This document shows positions 35,481 through 45,758 of a DNA stretch of 64,000 nt, piece after piece. Both the position numbers and the translations under genes were made by a program. The notes below the pieces were generated by a model. The model searched no databases and had not been told where the DNA came from. It worked only from the letters and a program-made list of their open reading frames with translations. Location of the stretch: assembly GCA_944324635.1 (NCBI GenBank), contig CALUXC010000005.1:4691-68690 (forward strand), given 5' to 3'. The first letter of the stretch is position 1. Each line of letters starts with the position of its first letter. Source of the stretch: Candidatus Avelusimicrobium intestinipullorum. Lineage in GTDB: Bacteria > Elusimicrobiota > Elusimicrobia > Elusimicrobiales > Elusimicrobiaceae.

Positions 35481-36923
35481 TTATTTTTGAATCGGTTCGG
35501 CGGAGGGTTCCGCTTGTGCGGGGGTTCCGTCCGGCGCAAAGCCTTCCTCCACGTTCCAGCCGCCGCCCAACGCTTTGGACAAATTGACCACGGCGGCCAA
35601 TTCATCGTTGCGGGCGGAAGCCAGGTTCATTTCGGCCGAGAGCAGATTTTCTTCTACGTCCAGCAAATCCGTCACGCCGATAAGCCCCGCATCTTCCTGC
35701 TTTTTGGTCAGCTCGTAACTGCGTTTCATGGCCGCGGTTTGCTGTTTGTAAGAATCAAAAATTTCGCGGTTGATACGATTGGCGGCGATGGCATCTAAAG
35801 CTTCCTTAAAAGCGCCTTGGACCGTTTTTTCATACGAAGCCAACATTTCGCGGTAGGCCGCTTCGGCTTTTTTATTTTCGGCACGGATTTTGCCGCCTTC
35901 AAAAATAGGCGCAAGCACCTGCCCGCCCAGCGTCCATACGCCGGAAGAACCCGTAAACAAATTGTTAAGAGCACCGCTGGCATAACCGGCGGAAGCCGTC
36001 AGCGGAATGCTGGGGAAATAGGCCGCGCGCGCCGCGCCGATATTGGCATTGGCGGCCATCAGCTGGCCTTCGGCGGAGCGGACATCCGGGCGGCGGGTCA
36101 GCAAGTCGGAAGGAAGCCCTTCGGGCACGTTGGGAATAAGCGTAATTTCCGCCAGCGTTTTGCCGCGGGGCGTTTTTTCCTGTGCAATAGCCCGGGGCGA
36201 TTTTCCCACCAGCACGGAAAGAGCCGTCTCCGTCTGCGCAATTTTCAGGCGGAGCTGTTGCTCCTGGGCCTGCACGCTGGCCATGTTGGCTTCTACGCGT
36301 TTCAAATCCACTTCCGTGCAGTAACCGTTTTTATAGCGGCTGGTGTAGATGCGCACGTTTTCCTGGCGGGCTTTGAGCGTGCGCTGGGCAATGGCCAGCT
36401 GCGCGTCCAACATGCTAAGCGTGAAATAGTTTTTGGCCACGTCCGCCGTTAAGGTCAAGCGGACCGTATCGCGGGCGGCTTCCGTAGAAAGAAGCTGTGC
36501 GCGGGCGGCTTCGCTTAAGCGGCGGTATTTGCCCCACAAATCCAACTCGTACGAAACGGACACGTTGGCCGTGCTTTTGCTTTGGCCGGAAGCCGTCGCG
36601 TCCCCCGCGCGGCCCGACTGCGCCGCCGCGGAAAGGCTGGGCAGCTGGTCTGCCGTAGCTATCCCCACGGACGCACGCGCCTGGTCCACCCGTGCAATGG
36701 CGGCTTGCAAATCTTTATTATGTTCCAAGGCTTCCGCTTCCAGTTGGTTTAGCACCGGGTCCTGGAACACTTCCCACCATTTGGCACTGGTGAAAATGCT
36801 GAAATCTTCACTTTGCTGCCCTTGAGGCAAATCCTGCTCGGGCTGTTTGTAGTTGGGCCCCAGCATACACCCGCCCAACCACACCGCGGCGGCCAATACG
36901 GCCCCCAAACGTTTTATCTTCAT
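35481..36923 (-). CDS. RND efflux outer-membrane lipoprotein (NodT/OprM family)
   Basis: Lipobox LGGC, SYELDLWG, PSDLLTRRPDVRSAE, KALGGGW. Confidence 0.9.
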   Translation of the reverse strand: MKIKRLGAVLAAAVWLGGCMLGPNYKQPEQDLPQGQQSEDFSIFTSAKWWEVFQDPVLNQLEAEALEHNKDLQAAIARVDQARASVGIATADQLPSLSAAAQSGRAGDATASGQSKSTANVSVSYELDLWGKYRRLSEAARAQLLSTEAARDTVRLTLTADVAKNYFTLSMLDAQLAIAQRTLKARQENVRIYTSRYKNGYCTEVDLKRVEANMASVQAQEQQLRLKIAQTETALSVLVGKSPRAIAQEKTPRGKTLAEITLIPNVPEGLPSDLLTRRPDVRSAEGQLMAANANIGAARAAYFPSIPLTASAGYASGALNNLFTGSSGVWTLGGQVLAPIFEGGKIRAENKKAEAAYREMLASYEKTVQGAFKEALDAIAANRINREIFDSYKQQTAAMKRSYELTKKQEDAGLIGVTDLLDVEENLLSAEMNLASARNDELAAVVNLSKALGGGWNVEEGFAPDGTPAQAEPSAEPIQK

Positions 36924-39900
36924 AAAGTTTCCTCTTTCTTTTCAATTTTTTCCGCTTCCGCAGGCTGTTTCTTTTTCCACCCGCTTAACAGGCAGAAGAA
37001 CAGCGGAATAAACAACGGCGCAATCAGCGTGGCGGCCAACATCCCAAACACCACCGCCGTACCAATGGCATGGCGGCTGGCCGCACCCGCGCCGGAGCTA
37101 ATGGCCAGCGGCACGCAGCCCAAAATAAACGCCAAAGACGTCATGACAATCGGGCGGAAACGCAGCTTGGCCGCTTGAACGGCGGCTTGCACGTTATCCA
37201 ACCCTTGTTCTTTTAACATGACGGCAAATTCCACAATCAAAATGGCGTTCTTGGCGGCCAAACCAACCAGCGCCACCAACGCGATTTGGAAATAAATATC
37301 GTTGGAAAGGCCTCTGGCCCAGGTTCCCGCCAAGGCACCGAAAATAGCAAACGGAACCGCCAGCAACACGGCAATGGGCAGGCTCCATTTTTCATACTGC
37401 GCGGCCAAAATCAGGAACACCACCAGCATACCCAACAACAACGCCATGGCAGAAGAGTTGCCGGAGAGTTTTTCCTGATAGGTGGTACCCGTCCAGGCGA
37501 GGGTAAAGCCGGAGTCCAAGACTTCTTTGGCGGTTTCTTCCACGGCGCGGATAGCGTCGCCGGAGCTGTAGCCTTCCGCGGGGTTGGCAATAATTTTTGC
37601 CGCCGGGAACACGTTAAACCGCTCCACCACGTCCGGCCCCAGCACCGGGGTCAGCGTCACCAAAGCCGAAAGCGGCACCATAGCACCCGTGTTGGAGCGG
37701 ACATATACGTCCGCAATTTGTTCCGGGCGGGCGCGATACTGTCCGTCCGCCTGCATCATCACCTTAAAGCTGCGGCCGGAATACGTAAAATCGTTTACGT
37801 ACAACGTACCAAAAGTGCCTTGCAAGGTGGTGTAAAGCTCCGAAAGCGAAACACCCATGGCTTGCGCTTTCACTTCGTCCACCGCCATTTTGTACTGCGG
37901 CACCGCGGCGGAGAAGGTGGTGCTCACATCGGACAATTCCGGCCGTTTTTTGGCCGCTTCAATAAATTTTTGCGTTTGCGCTTCCAGCGCTTCGCTTCCG
38001 CCGGAACTGCGGTTTTGGATATAGCCTTCCAAACCGCCCGTCGTGCTCATACCCATAATGGGCGGCGGGTTAAACGGCATTACCAGCGCGGCGGGAATTT
38101 TGCTCTGCGCCTGCATATACAAGCTGGCTACTAACGCGGAGGAGGACAAACCTTTCCCTTTGCGCTCTTCCCAAGGCTTCAACATTACAAACGCGGAAAC
38201 AGAGTTTCCTTTCTGCGTGCTGCTTAACAGGTCAAAGCCGGAGAACGTCAGCACTTGCGCAACGGCCGGCTGGGCCAAAATCAAATCTTCCAGCTGCCTG
38301 GCTACGGCATCGCTGTTAGCCAGCGAAGCGGAAGGATCCAGCCGCGCGGCCACCATGATGACGCCCTGGTCTTCATCGGGCAGCAAGCTGCCGGGCACTA
38401 TTTTGAACAAGCCCAGCGCCGCCAGGAACAACACCGCAATCAGCCCCAGCGAAACGGACAAACGGCGGATAAAGAACGATACCCAGGAACCGTATTTTTC
38501 GGTCAATTTTTCAAAGAAACGGTCAAACTGAAAGAAAAATCCTTTGGTGGAGTGTTCCTGCTTTTTAAGCAACAGCGCGCACAGCGCAGGCGTGAGCGTA
38601 AGCGCTACGATACCGGAAATAATAACGGACACGGCAATCGTAATGGCAAACTGCTGATACATCACCCCCGTTAGCCCGCCCATAAACGCCACGGGCACAA
38701 ACACCGAACACAAGACCAGCACAATGGCCACCACCGGGCCGGACACTTCGTCCATGGCTTTAATGGTGGCTTCTTTGACGGGAAGGTTCTCCTCGTGCAT
38801 GATACGTTCTACGTTTTCTATCACAACGATAGCATCGTCCACCACGATCCCGATGGCCAACACCAGCCCAAACAGCGTAAGCGTGTTGATGGAAAAGCCC
38901 AACATCAACATACCCGCAAACGCACCCACGATAGACACCGGCACCGCCAAACAAGGAATCAGCGTGGCGCGCCAGTCTTTCAAGAACAAATACACCACCA
39001 AGAACACCAAAATCATGGCTTCAATTAAGGTGTGAATTACTTCCTTAATAGAAGCGGTTACGAACAAGGTGGTATCGTAGGCTACTTTATAATCAATATC
39101 CAAATCGGGCGGGAAGTTTTGGGCAATTTCCGCCATGTGCGCGTTCACCGCTTTGGCGGTGGCCACGGCGTTGGCACCCGGGGAAAGGTACACGCCAATC
39201 GGCACCGCCGGCTTGCCGTTAAAACTGCCGTTAAATTCATAAGTTTGGCTGCCCAGTTCCACACGGGCCACGTCCTTAAGGAGCAGGGTGGTGCCGTCCG
39301 GATTAGCGCGCAAAATAATGTTTTCAAATTCTTTGGGGTCGGTCAAACGGCCGGGCGCAATAATGGAATACATGCGGTCCACTTTTACGGGCAACGGCGG
39401 CTGACCGATTTTACCCGCCGAGCGCTGAGCGTTTTGCGCCTGCACGGCGGCCACAATATCGCTTACGGACAGCCCGCGCTGAGAAAGCACATCGGGCTTA
39501 ATCCAAATGCGGATAGAGTAGTCGTTGGCGGACATTACCTGCGCGTCGCCCACGCCGTCAATGCGTTTCAAATCGTCCACGATATTGAGCAGGGCGTAGT
39601 TGCCGATAGTGGTCGTGTCCGAGTGTCCGTTAGGCGAATACAACGCGATTAACTGCAAAATGGCCGATGATTTTTTGTTTACTTCCACCCCGTAGCGGCG
39701 CACGTCTTCCGGCAGGGTAGCGGTGGCACCCTGGACGCGGTTGTTCACGTTAATCATGGCCTGGTCCGGGTCCGTACCTACCTTAAACGAAATGGTGAGG
39801 GACATGTCCCCGTTGGAAGAAGACGTGGAGTTCATGTACAGCATGTCTTCCACGCCGTTCACCTGTTGTTCTATCGGGGCGGCCACGGTGTTGGCAATTA

Positions 39901-40069
39901 CTTCCGGGCTGGCGCCTGGATACGTGGCGGAAACTTCCACCGTGGGCGGCGTTAAATCGGGGTACTGCTCAATGGGGAGCATGGTGATAGACACGATGCC
40001 CGCCAGCGAAATAAGCAGCGAAATAACGGTGGAAAAAATCGGGCGGTTAATAAAAAACTTGGAAAACAT
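36920..40069 (-). CDS. RND efflux permease (HAE1, AcrB/MexB family)
   Basis: FFINRPIF, PIEQYP, GIVVDDAIVVIEN, GLAAKNAILIVEF, RFRPIVMT. Confidence 0.95.
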   Translation of the reverse strand: MFSKFFINRPIFSTVISLLISLAGIVSITMLPIEQYPDLTPPTVEVSATYPGASPEVIANTVAAPIEQQVNGVEDMLYMNSTSSSNGDMSLTISFKVGTDPDQAMINVNNRVQGATATLPEDVRRYGVEVNKKSSAILQLIALYSPNGHSDTTTIGNYALLNIVDDLKRIDGVGDAQVMSANDYSIRIWIKPDVLSQRGLSVSDIVAAVQAQNAQRSAGKIGQPPLPVKVDRMYSIIAPGRLTDPKEFENIILRANPDGTTLLLKDVARVELGSQTYEFNGSFNGKPAVPIGVYLSPGANAVATAKAVNAHMAEIAQNFPPDLDIDYKVAYDTTLFVTASIKEVIHTLIEAMILVFLVVYLFLKDWRATLIPCLAVPVSIVGAFAGMLMLGFSINTLTLFGLVLAIGIVVDDAIVVIENVERIMHEENLPVKEATIKAMDEVSGPVVAIVLVLCSVFVPVAFMGGLTGVMYQQFAITIAVSVIISGIVALTLTPALCALLLKKQEHSTKGFFFQFDRFFEKLTEKYGSWVSFFIRRLSVSLGLIAVLFLAALGLFKIVPGSLLPDEDQGVIMVAARLDPSASLANSDAVARQLEDLILAQPAVAQVLTFSGFDLLSSTQKGNSVSAFVMLKPWEERKGKGLSSSALVASLYMQAQSKIPAALVMPFNPPPIMGMSTTGGLEGYIQNRSSGGSEALEAQTQKFIEAAKKRPELSDVSTTFSAAVPQYKMAVDEVKAQAMGVSLSELYTTLQGTFGTLYVNDFTYSGRSFKVMMQADGQYRARPEQIADVYVRSNTGAMVPLSALVTLTPVLGPDVVERFNVFPAAKIIANPAEGYSSGDAIRAVEETAKEVLDSGFTLAWTGTTYQEKLSGNSSAMALLLGMLVVFLILAAQYEKWSLPIAVLLAVPFAIFGALAGTWARGLSNDIYFQIALVALVGLAAKNAILIVEFAVMLKEQGLDNVQAAVQAAKLRFRPIVMTSLAFILGCVPLAISSGAGAASRHAIGTAVVFGMLAATLIAPLFIPLFFCLLSGWKKKQPAEAEKIEKKEETL

Positions 40070-40078
40070 ACGCGCTCC

Positions 40079-41515
40079 TTATTTCCCCGTCTGTTCGGAA
40101 GCGGAAGCCGGAGCCTCTTGAGCGGCTTCTGCCGGCAAATCGGATTTTTCAGCAGAAGAGACGTTCTGTTTTTGAGCCGTCTGTTCCTGCTGGGCTTCCG
40201 GCAAGGCTTGCGCATCTCCCTTTTTAGAAGCTTCCACCGCTTCTTCCAAAGCGGACGTTCCGTCTTCTTCCGCCGCGGGTTCAGCTTCGGGCTGTTCTTT
40301 TTCGGCCGCGCGGAACGCTTTCAAATGCACCTGCACCTGCTGGCCGGGGCGCACTTTAATCATGCCTTCGCTCACAATCCGTTCGCCGGCTTTTAAGCCG
40401 TCGGTAACGATATACATATCATCCTGCAGTTGGGCCTGCACGGGGCGGGCGACAATGGTGTCATTTGCGTCTACCACATAGGCCACCATACCTTGGGCAG
40501 TGTTCAGCACGGCAGAAGAAGGAATCAAAATGGCATTTTTGTACACGGCACCCACCAGGCGCACGCGCACAAACTGGCCCGGCATTAACGCGCGGGAATT
40601 TTTGGGGTTGGCAAATTCGGCTTTCATGGCCAAGCTGGAAGTTTGCGTATTTTCCGAGCTGTCAAAGAAAATAATTTTCCCTTTTTCGGGGTACATTTTG
40701 CCGTTGTTAAGCAGCACTTCCACATACATGGGCGCGTCCGCCGCGGCCGTTTTGCGGTACTGATCCGCGGCCAGTTTTTCTTTCTGTTCTTCGGTGCCGA
40801 TGGCAATCTGGCCCGACACAAAACCGGCGGAAAGCTTTTCAAACTGACGGCTGGGCATGGAGAAGTTAACGTAAAGCGGATTAATCTGCACCATAGAAGT
40901 CAGCAGGCCGGATTCCCCCGTAGGCGAAATCAAGCTGCCCACGGACTGGGCTTCTTTCCCCGCAATGCCGGAAATGGGGGCGGTAACTTTGGTATATCCC
41001 AGGTTAATTTCCGCTTCGCTCACGCCGGCTTGAGCCACTTTCACGTTGGCTTGGGCCGTTTCATAGGCGGAAAGGGCGTTATCGTAATCTTGCTGGCTGA
41101 CGGCATTGTCCGCGCGAAGGCGTTTCATGCGGGAATAGGTACGCTTGGTGCGGCGTTCTTCGGCCTGAGCCTGAGCCAAAGCGCCCTGCGCTTTTTCCAA
41201 CGCTACCTTATATTCTTTATCATCAATCTGGAACAGCTGCGTTCCGGCGGCGACATATTCCCCTTCATTATACAGACGGGCTTCCAAAATACCTCCCACC
41301 TGTGCGCGAATTTGAATTTCCAACGAACCCGCCACTTGGGCCGGGTATTCAATGTTCCACGGCAAATCTTCCTGTACAACCGTTATCGCATTAACGGCCG
41401 TGACCGGAGCGGCACCGGGCTCGCTGGATTTACTGCAGCCGCAAAGCCACGCGGCAGAAAAGACCAAAGCGGTTAAAACCGCCGGAAATAAATGTTTTTT
41501 ATTCATTGATGACAA
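40079..41515 (-). CDS. RND periplasmic adaptor (AcrA-like lipoprotein) with long acidic C-terminal tail
   Basis: Lipobox LCGC, IRAQVGGIL, LFQID, APISG, LMPGQFVRV; start may be 41506. Confidence 0.9.
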   Translation of the reverse strand: MSSMNKKHLFPAVLTALVFSAAWLCGCSKSSEPGAAPVTAVNAITVVQEDLPWNIEYPAQVAGSLEIQIRAQVGGILEARLYNEGEYVAAGTQLFQIDDKEYKVALEKAQGALAQAQAEERRTKRTYSRMKRLRADNAVSQQDYDNALSAYETAQANVKVAQAGVSEAEINLGYTKVTAPISGIAGKEAQSVGSLISPTGESGLLTSMVQINPLYVNFSMPSRQFEKLSAGFVSGQIAIGTEEQKEKLAADQYRKTAAADAPMYVEVLLNNGKMYPEKGKIIFFDSSENTQTSSLAMKAEFANPKNSRALMPGQFVRVRLVGAVYKNAILIPSSAVLNTAQGMVAYVVDANDTIVARPVQAQLQDDMYIVTDGLKAGERIVSEGMIKVRPGQQVQVHLKAFRAAEKEQPEAEPAAEEDGTSALEEAVEASKKGDAQALPEAQQEQTAQKQNVSSAEKSDLPAEAAQEAPASASEQTGK

Positions 41516-41667
41516 TCCCCTCTTTATAATATGCCTTTTAGGCGTGCCCTTTCATTGTATAAATTTTCCTGCGCATGCGCCCGCTTTTTACGGGACTATG
41601 TTCCAAAGTCTGACAAACCGCTCCCAAAGGCATATAATAAAGGAAAACTGTTTTGGACGGAGCCATT

Positions 41668-42579
41668 ATGAAAATTTCTCTTTTTGAACAAGCCATCGGC
41701 AATACTCCGCTGGCAGAAATCACCCGCTTAAACCCCGGGCCCGGGCATGTGTGGGCCAAACTGGAAATGTTCAACCCCTTTAGCGTAAAAGACCGCGCCG
41801 CCAGGGAAATGCTAAACGCTGCCGAAAAAGAAGGCAAGCTCGCTCCCGGCGGCACGTTGGTGGAGCCTACCAGCGGGAACACCGGGATTGCCCTTGCTTT
41901 TTTGGCCGCCGCCCGCGGTTACAAAATAGTGCTTACCATGCCCGAAAACATGAGTGCAGAACGCATCAAATTATTAAAAGCGCTGGGCGCGCAAATCGTA
42001 CTGACGCCTAAGGCCGAAGGCATGAAGGGGGCCATTGCCGCCGCCTCGCGCATTTTGAATGAAACGCCCGGCTCTTTTATGCCCGCACAGTTTGACAATC
42101 CCAACAACGCCCTTGCACACGAAAAAACAACCGGCCCCGAAATTTGGAAAGACTTAAACGGACGGGTGGACTTTTTTGTGGCCGGCGTAGGCACCGGCGG
42201 CACGCTGACGGGAACGGGACGCTTTTTGAAAAGCAAAAACCCAAACCTTAAAATTATCGCCGTAGAACCGGCCGACTCTCCGCTCCTTTCCGGCGGAAAA
42301 GCCGGGCCGCATGGCTTGCAAGGTATTGGGGCCAACTTTATCCCCGCCGTTTTGGACCGCAGTTTGATAGACGAAATCATTCCCGTAACCACGCAGGACG
42401 CCTGCCAAACCGCACGCCGCTTGGCCAAATTACAAGGCATTTTGCCCGGCATATCGGGAGGGGCCGCCCTGTGGGCCGCTTTAGAAGTGGCGAAACGGCC
42501 GCAAAACGCCGGGAAGAATATCGTCACCTTATTGCCGGACGGCGGAGAAAGATATTTAAGCACGGAATTATTTGAATAA
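41668..42579 (+). CDS. cysK: Cysteine synthase A
   Basis: IGNTPL, SVKDR, EPTSGNTGI, GVGTGGT, GPHGLQGIG, LPDGGERYLST. Confidence 0.95.
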   Translation: MKISLFEQAIGNTPLAEITRLNPGPGHVWAKLEMFNPFSVKDRAAREMLNAAEKEGKLAPGGTLVEPTSGNTGIALAFLAAARGYKIVLTMPENMSAERIKLLKALGAQIVLTPKAEGMKGAIAAASRILNETPGSFMPAQFDNPNNALAHEKTTGPEIWKDLNGRVDFFVAGVGTGGTLTGTGRFLKSKNPNLKIIAVEPADSPLLSGGKAGPHGLQGIGANFIPAVLDRSLIDEIIPVTTQDACQTARRLAKLQGILPGISGGAALWAALEVAKRPQNAGKNIVTLLPDGGERYLSTELFE

Positions 42580-42606
42580 GAGCTCTTCTCTTGTTACAAT
42601 ACAAGT

Positions 42607-43464
42607 ATGGACAGACGCATTATTGCAGGATTAGCCTTTGTGCTGTTGCCGTGGCTCCCCGTTTGGGGGCAAGCGGCCGAAGAACCCGAAATTGTGATAG
42701 AAATGCACGGCCAGGCCAGTGCGCCGCGGCCGTCTGTATCCATTTGGGATAAAAATGCCCGCCAGCTGACGCGCCTTTTCCGCGGGAAGGACCGCACTTA
42801 TGTGCTCTACCATGTGGAAAACGTCTCTTCCAAAGATGATACCCTGTACGCCGAAGACGGGAAAGAATATGCTTTCGTCCGCTATGGAAGTGACGACGGC
42901 GATTACCGCAAATTTTTATTCAAAGCCGAAGACCCGCAAACCTTTGTTGCCTGTGCGGCCAATTTGGACGATGTACTGGCCGTCAACAAAAAGTACAAGG
43001 TAAATTTGGGCGTAAGCCTGCGGGACTTTTTGCGCCGCTATGAATCGCGCGCCACGTTAACCAACCTGGCCGACAGCGCCTCCGGCAAAACGTATCAGGC
43101 CTACAAAATAAACTATTCCGATATTAACAACAAAAAACCCTCCCCGCATTATTTTGTATTTGAAGACGACGACTTGATTGCCACCTACGCCGGGGACGAC
43201 GCTTTTTACGACTTTGTGGGCAAGCTCTCTCAATCTAACAAAGACCTCTCCGCCCGCCAAAAAGCAGCTGAACAACAGCGCCAGGCAAAACTGCAAAAAG
43301 AACGCCAGCAAGCGCTGGAACGCGCCAACAGACCCGTGCGCAAAGCCTTGGTGTCGGGCGGCACCACGCAGGACCAAATGTATATGCCCCGCGCGGTAAA
43401 CGCCACCCCTTTGCCGGCATTAACGCCCAGCAAAACCCCGGCAGGCACGCCGCTTTCTCTTTAA
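42607..43464 (+). CDS. Hypothetical secreted protein
   Basis: Signal-peptide-like N-terminus; coiled-coil and Pro-rich C-terminus; no family recognised. Confidence 0.65.
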   Translation: MDRRIIAGLAFVLLPWLPVWGQAAEEPEIVIEMHGQASAPRPSVSIWDKNARQLTRLFRGKDRTYVLYHVENVSSKDDTLYAEDGKEYAFVRYGSDDGDYRKFLFKAEDPQTFVACAANLDDVLAVNKKYKVNLGVSLRDFLRRYESRATLTNLADSASGKTYQAYKINYSDINNKKPSPHYFVFEDDDLIATYAGDDAFYDFVGKLSQSNKDLSARQKAAEQQRQAKLQKERQQALERANRPVRKALVSGGTTQDQMYMPRAVNATPLPALTPSKTPAGTPLSL

Positions 43465-43536
43465 GAGCGTTTTCCAAACGGCGGACTAATCCTTTTTATC
43501 CCTTACCAAATAAGGGATATTTTTTATAATAAAGGT

Positions 43537-44976
43537 ATGCATATGGACCCCGTATCGGCTTCCTCATTCGGAATAGCCGGTTTATTATTTATCGTTTTAC
43601 AAGGCTTGGTAACGGCTCACATCATTTGCCGCAAGGACGACGTAAAAAGTTCCATCGGCTGGATTGGGCTCGTGTGGCTCACGCCTATTTTGGGCAGTGT
43701 GGTTTACATTATTTTTGGTATCAACCGCATTCGCCGCAAAGCACTTTCCTTGCGCAACAAAGGCCCGGATATTTTTACCGTTACGGGCAAAAGCGCCGAA
43801 GAAATAGAAAAAGAAATTCCCCGTCCTTTCTTGCAGTTAATGCGCCTGGGTTATAAAGTGCACCCCCAGCATTTTGCCCTGGGCAACCGTGCACAAGCCT
43901 TCGTAAACGGGGACGAAGCCTACCCCGAAATGTGCCGCCTGATTGCTTCGGCCAAGAAAGAAGTCCTCATGCAAAGCTATATTTTTGATAACGACCGGGC
44001 CGGGCAAATGTTCGTCAAAGCGCTTAAACAAGCCGCCAAAAATGGCGCCAAGGTAAAAGTGCTGGTGGACGGGGTTGGACTGAATTACTCCAAGCCCACC
44101 ATCGCCGCGGCGCTTCGCCGCACCCCGGGGATAGAGTTTTCGGTGTTCCTTCCGTCCAAAAGCCCCATCAATTTGCCCTTTGTCAATTTACGCAACCACC
44201 GCAAAATCCTGATTGTGGACGGCCTGGCCGCCTTTTTTGGCGGCATGAACGTGGCCGAAGGCAACTTGGTGCAAACCCAACCCAAAGAACCTATCATAGA
44301 CATTACCTTTAAGGTGGAAGGGCCGGTGGTGGACCAAATGTCCCGCGTATTTGAAGAGGATTGGATTTTTTCAGGCAAGAAACATTTTATTCCCGCATCC
44401 TTCCGCGCGGGAGGCCCCTTGCCGGGCACTATGCCCGCACGCATTATCCCGGACGGGCCCGACGGCGACTACGGCAAGATAGAGCTGATGGCCCTGGGTG
44501 CCCTGTCCTGCGCGCAAAAAACGGTGCAAATCGTTACGCCGTATTTCCTGCCGGAAAACAACATTTTAATCGCCCTGGAAGTGGCCGCCATGCGCGGCGT
44601 AAATGTGGAAATTATCTTGCCGTCCAAAAGCAATATCTTGGGCATGGACGGAGCCATGCGCGCCAACTTTGCACGCCTGCTGGAAAAGGGCGTAAAAATT
44701 TACCGCACCCGCCCGCCCTTTGACCATAGCAAAATCATGCTGGTGGACGACGCCTGGCTGTTTGTCGGTTCAGCCAACTGGGACGTGCGCAGCTTTAAGT
44801 TAAATTTTGAATGTAATATGGAATGTTTGGATAAACAACTGGCCCGCGAAGTGGGCAAAATTATTGCCCGCAAAAAGGCAAACGCCACCGCGGAAAAATG
44901 GGATAAAAATATCCGCCCGCCGCTTTGGCGCACATTGGCGGACAATGCCCTGCGCCTCTTAACCCCGTATTATTGA
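43537..44976 (+). CDS. cls: Cardiolipin synthase
   Basis: Two N-terminal TMs; two HKD motifs (RNHRKILIVD, DHSKIMLVD); GSANWDVRS. Confidence 0.9.
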   Translation: MHMDPVSASSFGIAGLLFIVLQGLVTAHIICRKDDVKSSIGWIGLVWLTPILGSVVYIIFGINRIRRKALSLRNKGPDIFTVTGKSAEEIEKEIPRPFLQLMRLGYKVHPQHFALGNRAQAFVNGDEAYPEMCRLIASAKKEVLMQSYIFDNDRAGQMFVKALKQAAKNGAKVKVLVDGVGLNYSKPTIAAALRRTPGIEFSVFLPSKSPINLPFVNLRNHRKILIVDGLAAFFGGMNVAEGNLVQTQPKEPIIDITFKVEGPVVDQMSRVFEEDWIFSGKKHFIPASFRAGGPLPGTMPARIIPDGPDGDYGKIELMALGALSCAQKTVQIVTPYFLPENNILIALEVAAMRGVNVEIILPSKSNILGMDGAMRANFARLLEKGVKIYRTRPPFDHSKIMLVDDAWLFVGSANWDVRSFKLNFECNMECLDKQLAREVGKIIARKKANATAEKWDKNIRPPLWRTLADNALRLLTPYY

Positions 44977-44977
44977 T

Positions 44978-45724
44978 ATGCTATACAAACAACCCGAAAA
45001 CGCTGATATTTTAGTGGCTCATGGCCGCCCCTCGCAAGAGGCGCTGCCCCGGCGTTTTACGGTGTGCGTGTGGAACTGGCAAAAATGCAAGCATAAAAAA
45101 TGGGCGGGCGAATTTACCAAGATTGCCCAAGCGGCCGATTTATTCCTGGCACAGGAAGTACACCGTTCCTGCTCCGTCAAAAACATTATGGACCAGGCCC
45201 CTTATTATTGGAACGGTGCCATCAGCTTTTTTTCACTCAAGGACAAAAATCCAATAGGCGTGGCTACCGGCTGCCGGGCCCAGCCCCTGCAAGTGGCTTA
45301 CGCCGCCGCCGCGCGGGAACCGGTGCTGCGCGTGCCCAAAATGACGCTTTCCGCCTTATACCCGGTGCAAAACACACGCCACCGCCTGCTGGTCATCAAT
45401 ATCCACGCCATCAACTTCACCGGCTTAAAGCCTTTTGAAAACAATATGCAATGCACGGCCGAAATGTTGGCCAGTTACAACGGGCCCGTACTGCTAGGCG
45501 GAGATTTTAATTCCTGGAACACAAACCGCCGCCGCATGCTGCAAAGCATGGCCAAAGCGGCCGGATTAAGCGAAGTAACTTTTGAGCCGGACGACCGAAC
45601 CCGCTGTTTGGGGCGCCCGGTGGACTATTTGTTTGTACGCGGGTTGACCGTACTGGCCAGCGGCGTGCGCGTGACGGACGCCTCGGACCATAACCCCCTC
45701 CTGGCCCGCCTGGAAGCGGCCTAG
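44978..45724 (+). CDS. Endonuclease/exonuclease/phosphatase family protein (YafD-like)
   Basis: VWNWQK, LAQE, NIHAINF, GGDFNSW, VDYLF, SDHNPL. Confidence 0.85.
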   Translation: MLYKQPENADILVAHGRPSQEALPRRFTVCVWNWQKCKHKKWAGEFTKIAQAADLFLAQEVHRSCSVKNIMDQAPYYWNGAISFFSLKDKNPIGVATGCRAQPLQVAYAAAAREPVLRVPKMTLSALYPVQNTRHRLLVINIHAINFTGLKPFENNMQCTAEMLASYNGPVLLGGDFNSWNTNRRRMLQSMAKAAGLSEVTFEPDDRTRCLGRPVDYLFVRGLTVLASGVRVTDASDHNPLLARLEAA

Positions 45725-45758
45725 CGCCCTATCCAAATATGGTAAAATATAAGTAATT

